From IMG/VR virus record IMGVR_UViG_3300028840_006758: 36,483 bases of DNA. One strand, written 5' to 3'. The notes beneath the pieces are model-generated. The model was given only the letters and a program-made list of their open reading frames with translations. It searched no databases and was not told the origin of the DNA. The stretch comes from a virus. This document shows positions 33,350 to 36,483 of this stretch, one piece after another. The position numbers and the translations under genes are program-made. Numbering within the stretch: position 1 is the first letter of the stretch; each line of letters opens with the position of its first letter.

Positions 33350-33371
33350 AAAAAAAGGGTCCGAAGACCCT
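33350..33371 (-). terminator. Rho-independent terminator/attenuator after the major tail gene
   Basis: The minus transcript reads AGGGUC-UUCG-GACCCU followed by U6, starting 6 nt after the stop codon. Confidence 0.8.
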
Positions 33372-33376
33372 ATCAT

Positions 33377-34909
33377 TTATAGTTCGTTAACGAACAACTC
33401 TTCTTCACCATTTGGTGTGTAAGTTGAAAGAGTCATTTGAAGTTCTAGAACTCCGTCTGTATCGACAACTTCGTACGAAGTAATGGTTGTAAATGGGGCA
33501 TAAATGTTTTTTACAGTCCCCGCGGTCCAGTTGCCTCCAGACTTTTCACCATTGTTGTACATAAATTGGACATTGGCGTTTGTTCTAAACTTGAAGAACT
33601 TATCAGCATCGTACTGAGTAAGTCGAGCTGTCACATCAAAAGTCGTTGCTCTTGCTGTAATAAGTGTTCCCTCTCGTCCTGAAGTGGCACAAAGAGAAAG
33701 AAGGTTTGACACAGTGTTGGTACCGTTCATTGTGACGTTTGAAGCGTTGAAACAAACATAGTCGTCAAAGTCTCCAAAAGTCACTTCGTTTGCTTTCCCA
33801 ACGTTTGGATCAGTTGAGTCATAAGAAGGTGTTTGAGGAGCAGTGATGTCGATCACATTGTCTGCTTCATATGAAGTAGCACCTGTGTCATCAGCAGCAA
33901 TATCAAATCCGAGTTTGTCACCAATTGTGTTTGCTGTGTTTGTTCCCGTATTCCAAAGAAGACTTAAAAGAGCAGAAGTACTTGAAGCAATTGTGTACTT
34001 ACCCGTTGAACTTGAGTAAGTAACCTCATAACTCTCCGCTGAATCGACTGACTCCATCGCAGTAGCGAGGGCATTCGCTAAATCTACAGGATCTTTATAC
34101 ATTTGAGCTGTCACTTGAGCAGCAAATGTTCCATTGTCTGATGTAAAATCCAAGTAAATGTCACTTGAAGTGATCTCAATTGGGTTGAAGTAGTATTCAA
34201 TTCCAGCTAAGGCATATTCACAGTTAATAAGCTGTCCGGCATCAGCTGTCATAGTCATCGTAGAAACACGAGAACCAGACATCATTTCAACGGCACCGCC
34301 ATTTGATCGGTAAACCCACGTAGTAAAAGTCGGATGACCTTCTGTCGTTGGGTAGAAGAGTACAGCTTGTCCTAAATTTACCCCAGAAGCTGGTGCTGCA
34401 GGTAAATTGAAGTTAAGTGAAAGAGTATCGGTTGAAATTGACTGAGTATTTCTTACTCTAAAGCCATTCACACCATCTTTAATGAGAAGACCGTGACCTA
34501 AGTCTCTAAATTGTGCTCCCTCACCAGCGTCTACTACAATAGTTGCTCTTGTTGAAGCATCCCCTGCAGTTGATCCACCTACTGTATCGTATTCAGTCCC
34601 ATTAACGGTCTTCCCGCCAAGAAAACTCTCAATAAATAATCCGTGGTTACTTTCAGTCCCGGCCGTACCAGAGGCGACCCAGTAATGCGAAATTGTTGAT
34701 GTGGGAGACTCAAGACCAAGAATAGATTTTGCTTGGGCGAGTGAGTTAATAAGTCGATCGTTTGTTAATTCTTCAAATGCAGGAGTGATTGAGAATCCAT
34801 CCTGAAGTGCAATATAGTCATCAGTGGCACTTGTAGGAGAAACTGGTGTTCCTTCCGTTACTTCCTCTACAATTGCGCACACCGACGAACGGTTGTTCAA
34901 TGCTGTCAT
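33377..34909 (-). CDS. Major tail (tube) protein, unusually large (510 aa)
   Basis: Directly upstream of G/G-T and followed by a strong attenuator, which implies high expression. SD contains a G9 run. No separate sheath/tube pair is present. Confidence 0.6.
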   Translation of the reverse strand: MTALNNRSSVCAIVEEVTEGTPVSPTSATDDYIALQDGFSITPAFEELTNDRLINSLAQAKSILGLESPTSTISHYWVASGTAGTESNHGLFIESFLGGKTVNGTEYDTVGGSTAGDASTRATIVVDAGEGAQFRDLGHGLLIKDGVNGFRVRNTQSISTDTLSLNFNLPAAPASGVNLGQAVLFYPTTEGHPTFTTWVYRSNGGAVEMMSGSRVSTMTMTADAGQLINCEYALAGIEYYFNPIEITSSDIYLDFTSDNGTFAAQVTAQMYKDPVDLANALATAMESVDSAESYEVTYSSSTGKYTIASSTSALLSLLWNTGTNTANTIGDKLGFDIAADDTGATSYEADNVIDITAPQTPSYDSTDPNVGKANEVTFGDFDDYVCFNASNVTMNGTNTVSNLLSLCATSGREGTLITARATTFDVTARLTQYDADKFFKFRTNANVQFMYNNGEKSGGNWTAGTVKNIYAPFTTITSYEVVDTDGVLELQMTLSTYTPNGEEELFVNEL

Positions 34910-34940
34910 GTCCCCCCCCCGAGGTATAAAAATGTCTTAA

Positions 34941-35414
34941 CTAAAAATCTTCAAAATATTCAACGTTGTAAATAGATTGTATAACTAAATAGTTTTTCAT
35001 GTCATCAAATACGTCTTCTATCCCATTATCAGTCTCAAAGAACATATGAGCTTTACCAGAAAGCAACGTTGGCGTTTGCTCAAAGTTTGCCAGTAAAACA
35101 TAATGATCTTCTAAAAGGCGCTTGTGAGCAGTGTCCCGTATATCGATATCACGCTCTGTGCCTCGTGCCACAATCGTGTTGACAAAAGTAATAGGACGCC
35201 TAATTGAAAAACCGCAACTAGAAAGATTCCTATTAGTATTGATCGCTTCACCAAAATACCACCCGTAACCCCGGTTTAGTGCCAGAGACTCATTTGCCAC
35301 AATATCTTTAGGTCGAACTAATTTCTTAAAGGTATTTGCTGGAAAGTTGGGTGTCGTAAAAAGAGCATCAATTCTTGTGTTTAGCTCATCGTAAATATCA
35401 CTAATAACACTCAT
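34941..35414 (-). CDS. Tail terminator / tail completion protein (157 aa), by position
   Basis: ORF directly upstream of the major tail gene. Size is typical. Confidence 0.5.
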   Translation of the reverse strand: MSVISDIYDELNTRIDALFTTPNFPANTFKKLVRPKDIVANESLALNRGYGWYFGEAINTNRNLSSCGFSIRRPITFVNTIVARGTERDIDIRDTAHKRLLEDHYVLLANFEQTPTLLSGKAHMFFETDNGIEDVFDDMKNYLVIQSIYNVEYFEDF

Positions 35415-35416
35415 GA

Positions 35417-36265
35417 TTACCTCTTTATAGATTTCACAGAGCTTGATAACTCTCCCTGAGAGACAAAAGCATTTCCATCCTTGTCTAGGGTAAATCTTTC
35501 AATATCAAGCGCCTCTTCATAAAGAACTCTGAGCTCTTGGCGTCTTTTCATATAACTAGGACCAAGGTTTTGATAGATAAGATCAAGTGTTCGATATGTT
35601 GCGGGCATAACAACGTCATCAAAGCGGAGAATCTGTCCCCGGTTCATTACGAGACCTCTTCTTTTAAGATCCGTCATAAGCATTTTAGAGGCGGTTATAA
35701 TTTGATCAATCCAATCTGTCTTAGATCCACTTGAGTCAAATGACGTAAGAAACTCATTAATCTCAATATCGATATCGTCCAGGATAGAATCATTAGTGAA
35801 AGTATAAGTAATTTCCTTAATCTCAGTCCCCGCATCTAGACCACTTGGAAAAGTCGCTCGGTACCAATAGGAGTTATAGATTCTTAGAGAGTTTAACTCA
35901 TCTGGAGAGTTTGAATCCTCTGTGTCATTAACCGGTCTCCAGCTGTAATCAATATATGGCGACCACTGAATAATTCCCGATCTGCCAAGAACGGCCCCTG
36001 ATACTTTTGTTGCATCCAGTATATCAACTGCAGATCTCCAATTTGTTCCATCCCAGTATTCAATGGTGATGTCCCCCCCAGTAGCATTGGCCGTACTACC
36101 CATGTGGAAATACATGTTGTTAACCGGAAAATATTGAGCAAAGTATAAAGTATCAGCGGCCGTGATGGCAGGAATAAGGGTGACCCCCTCCTCTTGATTG
36201 TCTAATGACAAATCAGTGAATGATCCACCCGTCTCTTTAAAAACTCTAAAATATTCATAAAGCAT
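35417..36265 (-). CDS. Hypothetical neck/tail-joining protein (282 aa)
   Basis: ORF whose start lies 2 nt after the stop of the junction-spanning peptidase gene. No motif recognised. Confidence 0.6.
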   Translation of the reverse strand: MLYEYFRVFKETGGSFTDLSLDNQEEGVTLIPAITAADTLYFAQYFPVNNMYFHMGSTANATGGDITIEYWDGTNWRSAVDILDATKVSGAVLGRSGIIQWSPYIDYSWRPVNDTEDSNSPDELNSLRIYNSYWYRATFPSGLDAGTEIKEITYTFTNDSILDDIDIEINEFLTSFDSSGSKTDWIDQIITASKMLMTDLKRRGLVMNRGQILRFDDVVMPATYRTLDLIYQNLGPSYMKRRQELRVLYEEALDIERFTLDKDGNAFVSQGELSSSVKSIKR

Positions 36266-36267
36266 AA

Positions 36268-36483
36268 TTATCTACTTTCGAGGATATGCTCAAACTGAGA
36301 TGCCTCGTAAAAATCCATAGGTGTTACCGTCTCCATGCCAAGAGTATGACCGGGTTGGTAACTATATTCATTGCTTACTTGTTTTAAAGAATAATGAATT
36401 AGCTCTGAACAGTAAAATGCATTGATAGAATTCTCAAAATAATAGTCATAAGGAGTCCCTATAAAGCTCCTTGCAACTTTAGA
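36268..36483 (-). CDS. C-terminal part of the same junction-spanning peptidase gene (36340..36483 duplicates 1..144)
   Basis: The frame continues from base 1 to 36339: GMETVTPMDFYEASQFEHILESR, then TAA at 36270..36268, 2 nt before the ATG (36265) of the next gene. Confidence 0.7.
   Translation of the reverse strand, partial: SKVARSFIGTPYDYYFENSINAFYCSELIHYSLKQVSNEYSYQPGHTLGMETVTPMDFYEASQFEHILESR
36340..36483. repeat. Terminal direct repeat copy 2
   Basis: Identical to 1..144. The repeat may continue beyond the window edge, which cannot be seen. Confidence 0.95.

Larger units (their letters stand above)
1..36339. mobile_element. Complete circularly closed genome of a tailed dsDNA phage (long-tail, siphovirus-like layout), unit length 36,339 bp
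   Basis: 1..144 equals 36340..36483 (144/144 by eye). An ORF stays open across the junction. The window holds a full terS-terL-portal-scaffold-capsid-tail-lysis set plus an early/recombination module. Confidence 0.85.

Overview
The window is one complete, circularly closed genome of a tailed dsDNA phage. Bases 1..144 are identical to 36340..36483, an assembly overlap, so the unit length is 36,339 bp, and one gene reads through that junction. No homology search was possible: every functional call rests on motifs I read in the supplied translations, on hand translation of unlisted frames, and on gene order.

Layout:
- **Leftward (minus-strand) transcription unit.** It starts at a divergent promoter region (16074..16294), runs down to base 1, wraps to 36483 and ends near 20976. 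In order it carries:
  - five small early ORFs, one of them Nudix-like;
  - a ParB-domain / ABC-ATPase::GNAT / ASCH trio;
  - terS, terL, portal, two paralogous morphogenesis proteins, scaffold and major capsid protein;
  - an unusually long block of unknown beta-rich proteins, including a wrap-around permuted NlpC/P60 peptidase;
  - tail terminator, a large major tail protein, and the G/G-T chaperone pair with a lambda-type GGGAAAG -1 frameshift;
  - a 1014-aa tape measure, distal tail proteins, and an 889-aa fibre ending in two tandem C1q/TNF-like modules;
  - a lysis cassette with an M15 peptidase and a metzincin-motif protein.
- **Rightward module (16295..20903).** It carries two paralogous HTH proteins, a possible Rad52-like annealing protein, a zinc-ribbon protein and RusA.
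- **Opposite-strand insertion.** A lipoprotein metallophosphoesterase (12983..13807) sits on the plus strand inside the minus-strand block.

I found no integrase, DNA polymerase, primase, helicase, tRNA, CRISPR array or reverse transcriptase.

The best candidate for something undescribed is the ParB / ABC-GNAT / ASCH trio next to the terminase, a possible nucleic-acid acyl-modification module. Second is the atypical neck-region gene block.
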